The notes: a model not told the origin generated them from the sequence alone. Shown: positions 53,892 through 64,000, counted from the first letter of the stretch. The stretch: DNA of 64,000 nt from an uncultured candidatus Porisulfidus sp. (GCA_965204575.1 OZ241993.1:128001-192000); one strand, 5' to 3'. Numbers and translations are program-made.

Positions 53892-55667
53892 CTATCTCGG
53901 CACGAGCCGGGCTTCGTATTCCGCTCTTCCGAGGTCTATCAGGAAATCCCTGATCTCTTTGGGATTCCGCGACTGGATGTAGTGCCTTGCTTCCGATGTG
54001 CTTGGGCAATTCCGGCGCGTGACGTTGAGCGCGCCGCTCCCGAAATCTTCGCCATCCCCGAGAATAACAACCGTGACTTCAATGTCACCTTCTTCCCGCG
54101 GTGACGAGAGTGACTCTCCCTTCATGTACTGGCAGAACCTCGCGATATTCGAGACACTGTTGTGGGCGCTTGGAGAAGTGGGGCTGGACGCGAAATACCC
54201 CTCGTTGGAGAAGCCGTCCGAAAAGTATATGAACTTCTTTCGGACCTCGGAGCTGAAATCCGCCGGCACACCCTCGGTTATCCCCCTGCCGTCGCTCGCC
54301 GAATGCCACACATCCCTCCAATTGGGATGCAGGGCCCGGTAGCCCCATGCGAAGCCCTCATCCGCGGCGGTCTGATAGATGCCGCTGTATCCACCGATAT
54401 GGCGAAGCAGTTCCCGTCTGGAGTTCGAGGCCACCAGCATCGGCTGGCCGCATCCGGGATATGCGCTGACCGCATAGTCCCAGTCACCCGGATAATCCTT
54501 CGCAAACTGGACCGTGTACACGGATCGATCCAGACGCAAATAATCAATCGCCCGAATGTCCGCCGGCGCAAGACCCCTTTCTCCCTGACCTTGGGACAAC
54601 TTCAGGTCCTTCGGCGGGTTCCTGCCACGTGTTTTGCAGGGGCATTGTCCATATACTCTTTCGTCACTTTCACAGGTTGTGCGTCTTTCGCATGACGCAT
54701 CGCCCTCTCCCATGAGCAGATCAAATCCCCTCCGTTGCGACCGGGGCGGGTTCTCCAGAAGATCCGCGTACGCCGCAGACAACCCCTCTCCCGCCGCCAT
54801 GGGCAGCCAGTCCGTGTTGCCGGCATTCGACTTGCGGGCGACGCAGGCGCCTCCCCGCGCCGCCTCCGGCCCCCTGGAGTCAAGAAAGTTGGAATAGCCC
54901 TTCTCTCTGGCGACCAGGCTGGCGACCCGGTTGCCCCCGCGGGTCGCCTGTCTTCCCCGGTAGCGCGGGATCGTCTGCGATTCCGGGGTAATCAGTTCGT
55001 CCGCATAACGGGCCCCGATATTGACGTTATCGCTGAACTCCACGATACTGACCCAGACGTCAGAACTGGTCTCGTCCGAACCGAAAAGGTTGTTCACGAA
55101 CCCCCGCAAGCCGTCCCGGACATTCTCGATCGAGTTGTAATTCTGCATCGAGGCGGATGCGTCCAGAACCAGCGCATATTCGGTCTTGATGCGCCGCCGT
55201 TCGGCCCTGAATCTATTTTCCGCGGTAATTGCGGTGTCTTCGACTTCGGTAATCTTCGCCTTCAACAATGGCGCATAGATTGCTTCGTACGGCAGGGTTG
55301 CGGATGCATTGGAGAACGACGTTTCCTCATCGCCGGAACCTTCTCCATCGTCGGCGTCGGATCCGAGCACGATTTTTTCCGGCTCCCCGGACCCGAGCAC
55401 GCTCCCGGTATTGAAACGGACAAGCCTCTCCTGAACGGACTGCAATTCCCCCGCTGCCGCGGCGGGCCCTTCTTTCGCGCCAAAGACGGCATTGACGGCC
55501 ACGGCCCGGCCGAGGCGGAGGTCAACCGAGTGGTAGTGGATCGCCTCGAAGGCGAGCAGTCCGGACCCGAGCATGGGAATGACCAGCAGGGCTCCGGTGA
55601 GAGCGATGGCCCCCTTCCCCGACAGCAGGAAACCACGCGCCTCGACATTTGTCCGCAACAGTTTCAT
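53892..55667 (-). CDS. tadG: TadG-like pilus tip protein with vWA domain
   Basis: Pilin-like N-terminal helix (GAIALTGALL), MIDAS LVLDASAS, FSDG; last gene of the tad operon. Confidence 0.75.
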   Translation of the reverse strand: MKLLRTNVEARGFLLSGKGAIALTGALLVIPMLGSGLLAFEAIHYHSVDLRLGRAVAVNAVFGAKEGPAAAAGELQSVQERLVRFNTGSVLGSGEPEKIVLGSDADDGEGSGDEETSFSNASATLPYEAIYAPLLKAKITEVEDTAITAENRFRAERRRIKTEYALVLDASASMQNYNSIENVRDGLRGFVNNLFGSDETSSDVWVSIVEFSDNVNIGARYADELITPESQTIPRYRGRQATRGGNRVASLVAREKGYSNFLDSRGPEAARGGACVARKSNAGNTDWLPMAAGEGLSAAYADLLENPPRSQRRGFDLLMGEGDASCERRTTCESDERVYGQCPCKTRGRNPPKDLKLSQGQGERGLAPADIRAIDYLRLDRSVYTVQFAKDYPGDWDYAVSAYPGCGQPMLVASNSRRELLRHIGGYSGIYQTAADEGFAWGYRALHPNWRDVWHSASDGRGITEGVPADFSSEVRKKFIYFSDGFSNEGYFASSPTSPSAHNSVSNIARFCQYMKGESLSSPREEGDIEVTVVILGDGEDFGSGALNVTRRNCPSTSEARHYIQSRNPKEIRDFLIDLGRAEYEARLVPR

Positions 55668-56293
55668 CGGTTCAAGTCCCTCCTCAAGGCAACGAAACGG
55701 CTTTCGACCCATTCGGGCAATACGAAAGTGGACAGGCTCGGATGGGGTGCCCGGTACCGGTAGCAGACGCGGACCACCAGGTAGATCGGCCTCGCGAAGT
55801 TGCGAGCCGTCACGACACCTGGAGCTGGAAAGAGTTCTTCGGTGAACGCGGAGACCACGTCCACATCGCCGGGGCATTCCTCGCCGACCTCCCACGGCAG
55901 ATAGAACCTGCCTCGTCCACGATCGACGGAATACCAGACCGCTTCGATGCCGATTCCGCCAACGTCTCCGTCATTGTCCACCATCATATCGACCAACCGC
56001 AACCAATGCTCCTGGCTCAGATCGATGGCGTTGTAGACCGCGCCCAATAGGGCCGCAACCCGGTTGTCTGGGTCGGGCACCACGGGACGCTCATCGACCA
56101 CGACTTCGGCGAACGAAGCGGTCGCCCTGTGGACGGCGGCGCGGACAAGCAGGTATCGACCGACATCGAATGCACCGTAGAGCAGGATCAGCAGGACGGG
56201 AATGATCAGGGCGGTCTCGACCGCGACGTCGCCGCGCGAACCGGCGCCCGGCCGGTCACGTCGCCTGCCCGCCTCACCGGAAAGCGGGCTCAT
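55664..56293 (-). CDS. TadE/TadF-like pseudopilin
   Basis: RGDVAVETALIIPVLL prepilin motif. Confidence 0.8.
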   Translation of the reverse strand: MSPLSGEAGRRRDRPGAGSRGDVAVETALIIPVLLILLYGAFDVGRYLLVRAAVHRATASFAEVVVDERPVVPDPDNRVAALLGAVYNAIDLSQEHWLRLVDMMVDNDGDVGGIGIEAVWYSVDRGRGRFYLPWEVGEECPGDVDVVSAFTEELFPAPGVVTARNFARPIYLVVRVCYRYRAPHPSLSTFVLPEWVESRFVALRRDLNR

Positions 56294-56717
56294 TCCGTCT
56301 AATCTCCACGAATTCGAGATCCACCGGCTCCCACGCCCGTTCGCCGAGGTTGCCAAAGAACGAATAGGCGTAACGCATCTCGTAGCGGACGACGTCGCCC
56401 GCGCCTCCGAGACCGGCCGTCGTGCTGTCGGCGATGCCAGAAACCCCGCTCGATGAGAATGCCTCGACCTCCAGTTCTTCCGGATCGATCAGCTGGACTT
56501 CGAATGCCTCCGCAAGCGCTTTCGCGTTCGCCTCAAGGTCGCGGTTTTCACCGAGCTTCGCCTGCCAAATCACCTGCTCGAGGACATCCTGCAACTGAAT
56601 ATTGACGTAGAAAAACCTGGTGACCTCGAAAACGAAAAGCGCCAGCGTGAGAAACGCCGGAAACACAAGCGCGAACTGGACGGACGTGAAACCCCGCTCC
56701 GATTTCACGGACATCAC
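56274..56717 (-). CDS. tadE: TadE-like pseudopilin
   Basis: RGFTSVQFALVFP, GLGGAGDVVRY, C-terminal RNEP. Confidence 0.8.
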   Translation of the reverse strand: MMSVKSERGFTSVQFALVFPAFLTLALFVFEVTRFFYVNIQLQDVLEQVIWQAKLGENRDLEANAKALAEAFEVQLIDPEELEVEAFSSSGVSGIADSTTAGLGGAGDVVRYEMRYAYSFFGNLGERAWEPVDLEFVEIRRNEPAFR

Positions 56718-57469
56718 TTCACCCGGGAGAGCAGCCGCTCGGCTTCGCCGTCCGAGACCACCGACGACAACAATGCCTTCGCCTCGCTTCTCCGGCCGCC
56801 CTTGGCCAGACCCAGAGCCTCCAGAATGATGATCGACCGCTCCGATATGTCGTCATCAACGGCATCCGCCCGGATTCCCTCGAGAATCTCGAGGCTCTGG
56901 TCGGTCTGCCCGGACAGTAGCAACGAGAGCGCAAGATTGTAGGAGACTTTCTGGCTGGGCTGGACCGACAGCGCCTTCCGGTAGGCCGACTGCGCCCCGG
57001 GGCGGTCGCCGAGATTGTCCAGAGCGACCCCCTGCATATTGAGCATTTCGACATCGTCCGGATGCTGCTCTTCGTGACGCCGGGCAAGACCGAGCACCTT
57101 GTCGAATTTCCGACATTGGAGGTAGCTTTTGGCCAACAACCTGGTATGCTCGTTGCCTCCTCCCTCTCCCTGCGCCAAGCTTGCGCTCCGACGCAGGACC
57201 GGGATCGCTTTTCCACACTCGCGCAATTCGACGAGCAGCCTGCCATAGGCGACATGCGCGGAGAAATCGTCCGGATTCTCTTCGACATGCCGCTGGGCGA
57301 TCAGCACCGCAAACCCGGGATTGCCGCTCTTGCGCGCCGCATCAATCAGCCGCGCCCGTTCATCGACGGCGGGGGTGAGCGACGGCGCCACGCATGCGGC
57401 GAGGACAGGAGCGAAAGCAAAGACATGCAGGCCACCGCGCACAGACTGCCGCACGCGCAAGCCGCTCAT
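56714..57469 (-). CDS. tadD: TadD-like TPR lipoprotein
   Basis: Lipobox LAAC, TPR (LNMQGVALDNLG, NLALSLLLSG). Confidence 0.8.
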   Translation of the reverse strand: MSGLRVRQSVRGGLHVFAFAPVLAACVAPSLTPAVDERARLIDAARKSGNPGFAVLIAQRHVEENPDDFSAHVAYGRLLVELRECGKAIPVLRRSASLAQGEGGGNEHTRLLAKSYLQCRKFDKVLGLARRHEEQHPDDVEMLNMQGVALDNLGDRPGAQSAYRKALSVQPSQKVSYNLALSLLLSGQTDQSLEILEGIRADAVDDDISERSIIILEALGLAKGGRRSEAKALLSSVVSDGEAERLLSRVK

Positions 57470-58371
57470 GCTCCAATGCCCTGCAGGGTGCGGACAAGGT
57501 TCACGATGGCCGGTGCGCCAAGCAATGCAACCACCGGGAACAGGATGAACACGATCAGCGGGACGCTCATCCGCGCGGGTGCCGCGCCGGCGCGTTCCTT
57601 TATGTCGTCGAGTTGCACCAGGCGGCTCTGGTCGGCGGTCGTCCGCAACGCATCGACGAGCGGCGTTCCGTAGCGCATCGACTGCAACAGGGTCTGTGCC
57701 ACCGTTTGCAACTCTTTGACGTCCAGGTGCCGGCTGAACCGTGTGAGCACCGCTTCCCGGTCTTCGTTAATTGTGAGTTCCGAGCACAGCTTGTCGAACT
57801 CAACCGCGAGTTCAGGCGCGACGGGATTGATTTCGTCCGCGACCAGTTTCAGGGCCTTCTCGAAGGTGAGGCCGGAGCCCACGCAGATCGTCAACAGTTC
57901 CAGTGCTTCGGAAATTCGGCGCCGGACTCTGGCGGTGCGGGTCTTGACCCGGTCGTTCAGCCACCACTCGCTCAGGCGCGACGCCAGAAAGGTCGCCACC
58001 ATTTGCGTGAACAGGGCTCCGGGCGTGGCCAGCGCGGCCAGATCTTCCGGTGCGATGAAAAATATGGATGCCAGCCAGAAGACCGCGAGCAATGCGACCC
58101 GGCCGAACAGGAAGAAATCGACCGCCTCGTCCCGGAAAAACCCCGCCCGCTGAAGCCGGGCGGCAATTCGTTCGCGTTCGCTCCTCGTCGACAGGAATCG
58201 CCCGAACGACAGGAAAAAGCGGAACTCTCCGGCGAACCTGCCCCCGCCCTGAAGCGACAGCGTGCGCCGGATGCGCACATTCAGCCGGTTCTGCGCCACC
58301 ACGCCTTCCGCCACCAGATAGGCGAGAAGGCAAATCGCAAGGATTCCGCCAAGAAAGACAGCCTGCTGCAT
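57466..58371 (-). CDS. tadC: TadC (T2SS F family)
   Basis: ALELLTICVGSGL, QSMRYGTP, MSVPLIVFILFP. Confidence 0.9.
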   Translation of the reverse strand: MQQAVFLGGILAICLLAYLVAEGVVAQNRLNVRIRRTLSLQGGGRFAGEFRFFLSFGRFLSTRSERERIAARLQRAGFFRDEAVDFFLFGRVALLAVFWLASIFFIAPEDLAALATPGALFTQMVATFLASRLSEWWLNDRVKTRTARVRRRISEALELLTICVGSGLTFEKALKLVADEINPVAPELAVEFDKLCSELTINEDREAVLTRFSRHLDVKELQTVAQTLLQSMRYGTPLVDALRTTADQSRLVQLDDIKERAGAAPARMSVPLIVFILFPVVALLGAPAIVNLVRTLQGIGA

Positions 58372-58379
58372 CCCGGCTC

Positions 58380-59267
58380 CTATTCGAACCGCGTCATGCG
58401 CCTGACGATCGCCAGGCCGAGCACGATGCTCACCACCGCATAGGCCAGCACCATCCTGCCGTCGGGATCGTTGAACAGGAAATGAAACCCGGCCGGATTG
58501 ACGGCTGCCTGTATGCCGATCAGGGCCAGCGGGATGACCGCGACCACCTTCGCGCTTGTGCGCGGCTCCGCCGTCAGAATCTCCAGTTCGCGACTGGCGT
58601 TTGACCGCGCCCTGATGCCGCGACTCAGCTGGGCCAGAACGTCGGAGATGTGGCCGCCGGTCTCGCGGTTGATGACCAGCACGGTGCAGAAGAACTCCAG
58701 TTCAGGGATGTCTATGTCGGCCGAAAGTTTTCTCATGACGGTACCGAATGGCACACCCAACTCCAGCTGATCCTTCATCTCCTCGAAACGCCCCCGGACC
58801 GGCTCGGAGAAATACTGCCCCATCTCGCCCAAGGCCACTTCGACCGACACGCCCACCACGACCAGGCGCGCCAGACCATCCACCGCCTCGGGAAAATCAG
58901 TGAGAAACTGTTTCCTGATCGCCCGTTTCCGCATGATGCCACGGTAATAGACGACCGCGCCTGCCACGACCGCGGCACCCGGCGGGACAAGCCACCACTC
59001 ATGTGTGAATAGCCAGATGGCAGCGGCGGCGGCGAGAAAAACGCCGACAGCGACCCATTTGCTGCTGCGGTCCCGCAGCCAGGCCGGTGTTCGATGGTAA
59101 AGCCAAAAATGGTCGGCGAGACTTGAGAGGATCTTCCGGAGAGACCCATGTTTGGCGTCCGCATGCCGTCGAATCCGCCGATTCAGTGCGGCATTCCGCT
59201 TCTCGACACGGTAGAGCAGCCCCGCGAGGCACAGGATGGCGAAAAAAACCGCCGCATCAGCACCCAT
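58380..59267 (-). CDS. tadB: TadB (T2SS F family)
   Basis: FPEAVD, INRETGG, LTAEPRTSA. Confidence 0.9.
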   Translation of the reverse strand: MGADAAVFFAILCLAGLLYRVEKRNAALNRRIRRHADAKHGSLRKILSSLADHFWLYHRTPAWLRDRSSKWVAVGVFLAAAAAIWLFTHEWWLVPPGAAVVAGAVVYYRGIMRKRAIRKQFLTDFPEAVDGLARLVVVGVSVEVALGEMGQYFSEPVRGRFEEMKDQLELGVPFGTVMRKLSADIDIPELEFFCTVLVINRETGGHISDVLAQLSRGIRARSNASRELEILTAEPRTSAKVVAVIPLALIGIQAAVNPAGFHFLFNDPDGRMVLAYAVVSIVLGLAIVRRMTRFE

Positions 59268-60516
59268 GGTCCAGCAGCTCCGCCAATTGGTCGAACAGTC
59301 CGTATCTCCTGAACTTGTCGAGCGCACGGCTGACCTCGCCGACGCGCACGAACGCGCCGATGCCGTCGTCACCCACCCGGTATCGAAAGACCGGCCGGGT
59401 GACCGCAAAGCCGTTTTCGAAATGAAGTTCGTTGATGTACGACACCCGGCGCTGGCCGTCGATGCCCCGCTCAACCTGAACCACCCAGTCCACCGCGTTT
59501 GCGATCTGGTGTGACGTATGTGCCATGTCGAGACCCGCCGACGCCATCTGAAGCATGTCCTGCAGACGCGCGAGCGCATCGTCCGGGCTGTTGGCATGCA
59601 ATGTCGAAAGCGATCCGTCGTGGCCGGTGTTCATCGCCTGGAGCATGTCGAACGCCTCTTCGCCCCGGACTTCACCGAGAATGATCCGCTCGGGGCGCAT
59701 TCTCAGCGCGTTCCGGACCAGGTCCCTCTGCGTGACCCGGCCTTGTCCCTCGACCCCTTCGGTCCGGACTTCCAGGCTGATGACGTGGGACTGCCATAAT
59801 TCGAGTTCGGCGACATCTTCGATCGTGATGACACGCTCGTCGGCCCCGATATGCGCCGACATCGCATTGAGGAGCGTGGTTTTGCCCGCACCGGTTCCAC
59901 CGGAGATGATCATGTTCATCCGCGCCTCGACCCCGAGTCGAAGCAGGCGCGCCATTTCGTCGCTCATGCTTCCGATCTCGACGAGTTCGTCAAGATGCAG
60001 TTTCCGACGCACGAACCTGCGGATTGAGATGCAGGGCCCGCTGAGGGAGAGCGGCGGAATGACGATATTGACCCGGCTGCCGTCGGGCAGGCGGGCATCG
60101 ACCATCGGCGAGGATACATCCACGCGACGCGACACCGAATTGGCGATTCGCTGCGCCATGTTGAGCACGTGGCCGTCGTCGCGGAACCGCACCCCGCTCA
60201 ACTCCAACTTGCCTTCTCGCTCGATATAGACCTGATCGGCACCATTGACCAGTATGTCCGAAATCTCGGCATCGTCGATCAGCGGCTGCAGCGGTCCCAA
60301 CCGCACCATGTCATTCAGGATTTCCTGGGAAATCGCAAGTTGCTCCTGCCGGTTGAGCAGGTAGGAACTTTCCGACACGGCCTGTTCGACCAACTCGGCG
60401 ATTTCTTTCTCGAGTTCCCGAGGGTTCAGGTCGAGTGCGGCCTGTGCATCAATGTGGGCGGCGACGTAATCCTGGATCCGGTCGAAAACGACCCGGTCGT
60501 CGGCGTGCGGGGTCAT
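59257..60516 (-). CDS. tadA: TadA/CpaF pilus assembly ATPase
   Basis: LGPLQPL, DARLPDGSRVN, GGTGAGKTT, ALRMRPERI, AMNTGHDG. Confidence 0.96.
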   Translation of the reverse strand: MTPHADDRVVFDRIQDYVAAHIDAQAALDLNPRELEKEIAELVEQAVSESSYLLNRQEQLAISQEILNDMVRLGPLQPLIDDAEISDILVNGADQVYIEREGKLELSGVRFRDDGHVLNMAQRIANSVSRRVDVSSPMVDARLPDGSRVNIVIPPLSLSGPCISIRRFVRRKLHLDELVEIGSMSDEMARLLRLGVEARMNMIISGGTGAGKTTLLNAMSAHIGADERVITIEDVAELELWQSHVISLEVRTEGVEGQGRVTQRDLVRNALRMRPERIILGEVRGEEAFDMLQAMNTGHDGSLSTLHANSPDDALARLQDMLQMASAGLDMAHTSHQIANAVDWVVQVERGIDGQRRVSYINELHFENGFAVTRPVFRYRVGDDGIGAFVRVGEVSRALDKFRRYGLFDQLAELLDHGC

Positions 60517-61640
60517 CGCCGGGGCCTCCACCCCCTGGCCGGCCGATGCTGCGGGCCCAGTCGGGCGGCAATCTTTCGGATATGCCGGTGAAGCCTCGAC
60601 CGTCGGCTGCCGGGCGGAATCCCGTCGAGAAGCTGGGCCTTCAGGCGCCTGACCTTCGGGATGGCGATCACGTCTTCGCTCTGCAGCAACGAGCGGAATT
60701 TCGCAACCCGGATGTCGGATTCGGCATAAGGATCGTTGATGACGACGGTCGGCCGCTGGCCGCTCTCGCTGCACGACGCGATCATGTCGTTGACCGCCCG
60801 CAAGGACGGCAGGCCGCGATCCGACACCAGAACCACATGATCGGCGTGACGCAGCACATGGCTGCTGAACTCCGGGTTCCCCTTGTCGGTCTTCCAGATC
60901 GTGCAGGCATCGTTCGCGCTGATTACATCAAAAAACTTCGCCGCATCGGCCGGGACGAACCGGCTGCCTCCCGTAATGTCGTAGCCGCCGTAATAGCGGA
61001 TCTCCTTGTTGAGCCGGAGTGCGATCTGGTTCGTCATCAGTTCGTCAATCCGGTCGCCGTGACCGCACAGCCGGTGCAACTCGCCGGTCCGGTCCTCGCC
61101 CAGCCAGTAATTGACCGTCGGGTGGGTCCAGTTCATGTCGACGATCTCGACGCTTCGCGTGCCGGAGAGGAACTGCGCCAAGCCGGCCGATATGAGTGAA
61201 GCACCGATCCCCAGCTTGACGCCGTGGACCACGATATCGCCCGGCCGGTCCGCCTTGTCCTGGCCGACGATGTAGTCGACCGCCATGGGCAGTTCCTGGT
61301 CGATAACGAAATATTCGTCACAGCCGGCCCGTTTTGCGCGCCGGTAGAATTCGAGGGTCGAATCGTCGCCGAGCCCGATGATTCGCGTCCCGTTCGCCCG
61401 ACCGCGCAACGCACGCAGTTCGGCTTCGACGGAGGCGTCGCGCAAATCCACGACGATCTCGCCGATTCGCGAAAGGTTGGCCTCCCGGTCGATGCCCCCA
61501 AGCGCCGACAGCGGCTTGGTCAAGGTCGTGCCCGCCCGGGATTCGAGCCGGGACATCAGTGCATGCGGCAGAGTGCTGCTATCCGTGTAGACGACGATAT
61601 CGTGCGCAGTCTCGTCCGCAGGATGCCGCCAGGGTGTCAT
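60513..61640 (-). CDS. TadZ/CpaE-like localisation ATPase (degenerate)
   Basis: Receiver-like N-terminus, deviant Walker A GVKLGIGAS, position upstream of tadA. Confidence 0.7.
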   Translation of the reverse strand: MTPWRHPADETAHDIVVYTDSSTLPHALMSRLESRAGTTLTKPLSALGGIDREANLSRIGEIVVDLRDASVEAELRALRGRANGTRIIGLGDDSTLEFYRRAKRAGCDEYFVIDQELPMAVDYIVGQDKADRPGDIVVHGVKLGIGASLISAGLAQFLSGTRSVEIVDMNWTHPTVNYWLGEDRTGELHRLCGHGDRIDELMTNQIALRLNKEIRYYGGYDITGGSRFVPADAAKFFDVISANDACTIWKTDKGNPEFSSHVLRHADHVVLVSDRGLPSLRAVNDMIASCSESGQRPTVVINDPYAESDIRVAKFRSLLQSEDVIAIPKVRRLKAQLLDGIPPGSRRSRLHRHIRKIAARLGPQHRPARGWRPRR

Positions 61641-61641
61641 C

Positions 61642-62028
61642 TTACCTCCCCCCTCCCGAAGCGCCGACCTCGACCGAAGGCTCACGCAAGGGCTCGACTT
61701 CTCCCTTGCGGTAGCGCAGGACCCCGCTCACCGCGATGATGCTGTCCGTCCCCGCCACAGCAGCGGGTTCATGCGACGTGTTCTGCACCGCGGCATTGTG
61801 CGCGGTCGCGCAGCCGAAATGAAGGCCCACGGCTCCATCCCGCCACCACATCGGCCGGCGGCTGATGGGGACTGCGCAACGATGCGCCATACCGGACCGT
61901 CCAGCGGACGCTTCCGGCATCTCGACCTGTGCGGACATTCCCACCTGCCGATCAATGGGCTGATTCAGGGAAGTGTGGCACGCCGAAAGGACAAGGATCG
62001 ACAGTACTATCAGGCTGTGTTCTTTCAT
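61642..62028 (-). CDS. CpaD-like small lipoprotein
   Basis: Lipobox LSAC, FGCATAHNAA, LRYRKG; follows the secretin. Confidence 0.6.
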   Translation of the reverse strand: MKEHSLIVLSILVLSACHTSLNQPIDRQVGMSAQVEMPEASAGRSGMAHRCAVPISRRPMWWRDGAVGLHFGCATAHNAAVQNTSHEPAAVAGTDSIIAVSGVLRYRKGEVEPLREPSVEVGASGGGR

Positions 62029-62038
62029 GCTTGAATCC

Positions 62039-63472
62039 TCAGTACATAAAGCCTTGGGGAACCGCGCTCTTCGGCACGTACGTGTGGCCGAGAAAGAGGC
62101 GCGCGATCGGCCCCTCCAACTCAATGTTTTCATTGGGGATAGCCAAAATCTCGTTCGTCGGCCCGGCGATCGACGCGGTGGCGATGATCACGAGTTCGGA
62201 ATCGCCGCGCTTGAATTCGGACGACCTCACCAGAGCACCGATGAGCGGGATATCGCCGAGAAACGGAAACTTGGACACCGTGTCCGTCAAATCCGCCTTC
62301 AGAAGGCCGGCAAGCGCGAAGGATTGTCCGGAGGCGAGCTCCACGGTCGTGTCCGCACGGCGGATCGAGAGCCCGGGATAGGTTAAACCGCCGATCGTGA
62401 CTCCGTTGGCGGCCGAGGGTTCGCTGACTTCCGGCCGGATGCGGAGGCTGATCCGGTTGTCCGCCAGCACGGTCGGCGTCACATCAAGCAACACGCCGAA
62501 GGGTCTGAATTCGATATTGGGGGACCCGTCCGCATAAGTGGGGAATGGTATTTCGCCGCCCGAGAGAAAGCTTGCCGTTTCTCCAGAAGCAACCGACAGG
62601 TTCGGCTCGGCCAGAACGGAGACGAAGTTCTCCTGCGCCAATACGTCAATCAGGCCCGCGAGGTCGCTCGGACTGGTCGGCTTATTCGCCTTCCCCGGTA
62701 GCAAATCAGCGGGTACCGTGCCGAAAATCGGAGATTGCTGGAAGCCGAACTCGGTGGAGTCGACGCTGAACCGGAGGTTCTGCCACTGTAGGCCGAGTCT
62801 TTCGATGATTTCGCGTTTGACTTCGGCGAACCGCACCTTGATGCTGACCTGTCCGCCGCCGGTTACGACCAGCCGGTTCACGACCCGGCCAAACCTCTCG
62901 CCGACGACACCCTCGCCCTCGCCTGCGCTACGCTCGTCCCCGCCTGCCTGCTGACTCCCATCCGCGCCCTGCTGGTCTCCGTCTGCACCTGCGTCCGTTT
63001 GCCGCTGCTCACGAGCGAGGAACGCCTCGACCAGTCCGATGACGTCGGTCGCCGTCACCGCGTCCGGCACGGAACCACTCAGGACGACGTTGCCGTTCGC
63101 CGCCGCCTCGACCGCAATATCGAACTCGGGGTATTCGTCCTCCAGGGCGCGCTTCACCTTCGACAGGTCCGGGACGACTTCGAGCTTCGCGCTCCAGATC
63201 GTCTTGCCGAAGTCGTCCATGACGAAAACTGCCGTCCTGCCCAGCTTCTGGCCGAAGACGATCATTTCCCGTTCTGTGATGACCTGGTACCCGGCCACTT
63301 TCGGCGAAGAGATGAACGCCGTCTTCATGGGCGACGCGAGTTTGACCTTGACGGCGGCACCGATCTTCAGTTCCAGCACTTCATCCGCGTCCTCGATCGT
63401 GGCCCGCGGCTGGGCGTCGGACAACAACCCCAACCACAAACCGGCCGCCAGAAGAAAGAGGAATGCCCTCAT
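62039..63472 (-). CDS. rcpA: RcpA/CpaC secretin
   Basis: BON-like region, QVSIKVRFAEV, LAEPNL, FLSGGEIP, VELASGQSFALAGL, PFLGDIPLIGAL. Confidence 0.95.
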   Translation of the reverse strand: MRAFLFLLAAGLWLGLLSDAQPRATIEDADEVLELKIGAAVKVKLASPMKTAFISSPKVAGYQVITEREMIVFGQKLGRTAVFVMDDFGKTIWSAKLEVVPDLSKVKRALEDEYPEFDIAVEAAANGNVVLSGSVPDAVTATDVIGLVEAFLAREQRQTDAGADGDQQGADGSQQAGGDERSAGEGEGVVGERFGRVVNRLVVTGGGQVSIKVRFAEVKREIIERLGLQWQNLRFSVDSTEFGFQQSPIFGTVPADLLPGKANKPTSPSDLAGLIDVLAQENFVSVLAEPNLSVASGETASFLSGGEIPFPTYADGSPNIEFRPFGVLLDVTPTVLADNRISLRIRPEVSEPSAANGVTIGGLTYPGLSIRRADTTVELASGQSFALAGLLKADLTDTVSKFPFLGDIPLIGALVRSSEFKRGDSELVIIATASIAGPTNEILAIPNENIELEGPIARLFLGHTYVPKSAVPQGFMY

Positions 63473-64000
63473 TGCGCATACCGGTCGTAGTACCGGTCGT
63501 CCGCCTCGGCGATCTTCCGTCTTTGCTCGGTCCCGATGAATTCGACAATTTCGACATTCTTCTTCGGTGCGGGAAATTCCCGGACGACGTCATGCGACCG
63601 CACGGCCCTTCCGGCCGTGGACGGCGAAGTCTCGCGGGCCGCCCGCTCGAAATTGCTCCTCAGGCTCAGCGAAAGCGTTCCCATTCGCCACGCAACAGTG
63701 ATGATTTCCGCCTGTCGCGGCGTGACCTCCAGCGTGGCCGTGCTTCTTTTCGGCGAGGGCGACTTGGCATCGGGCGACCCCTCTTCCTCCTCGGGGATGA
63801 GATAGGCGATCTTCCGATCTATGGCGATCACGCGCATGTCCTCAAGAATCGTCTTGGCGATGAATCCGCTTTTCCCGTCGGCCCGCACGTCGTCGTTCAG
63901 ATCGGTGAACAGGATCAGATCGACCCGGTCACCCGGCTGGACCAGGCCCGAGTTCCCGGTGACCGCACCAATCTCGATCGAGATCGCGCGTTTTCCGGGT
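63469..64000 (-). CDS. cpaB: RcpC/CpaB pilus assembly protein (5' partial)
   Basis: Frame open to the window edge: PGKRAISIEIGAVTGNSGLVQPGDRVDLIL...TATLEVTP...LSLSLR. Confidence 0.9.
   Translation of the reverse strand, partial: PGKRAISIEIGAVTGNSGLVQPGDRVDLILFTDLNDDVRADGKSGFIAKTILEDMRVIAIDRKIAYLIPEEEEGSPDAKSPSPKRSTATLEVTPRQAEIITVAWRMGTLSLSLRSNFERAARETSPSTAGRAVRSHDVVREFPAPKKNVEIVEFIGTEQRRKIAEADDRYYDRYAQ

Overview
GC-rich gammaproteobacterial chromosome segment; all family assignments are from motif recognition, no database search was run. A core backbone (yciB, yciO, trpS-scpA-scpB-rluB, folP, tRNA Pro-Arg-His-Lys, tyrS, M23 peptidase-anmK, argC-erpA, hemJ, thiE-hemL, smc-zipA-ligA-lpxA-yaaA-mpl-trx, queF) is interleaved with accessory loci. 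These are: a methanethiol oxidase cluster (mtoX-SCO-mauG-tlpA) head-to-head with a coupled dsrR-like/NarX-like kinase/NarL-like regulator operon; two tandem OprO/OprP porins, one with a 141-codon Cys-stapled acidic loop; a bufferin RiPP cluster (DUF2282-DUF692-DUF2063); a solo tnpB element with a structured 3' RNA and 9-bp inverted ends; a Tad/Flp pilus locus running off the right edge; and about six small toxin-antitoxin insertions, most with damaged toxins. Items the ORF track misses include a candidate Csr/Rsm-type sRNA that also encodes a 28-aa membrane peptide (~5950-6206), a 58-aa membrane/coiled-coil protein, and several TA remnants. The dsrR-like gene plus mtoX suggest a sulfur-oxidizing organism (inference). 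No CRISPR array or rRNA was seen.
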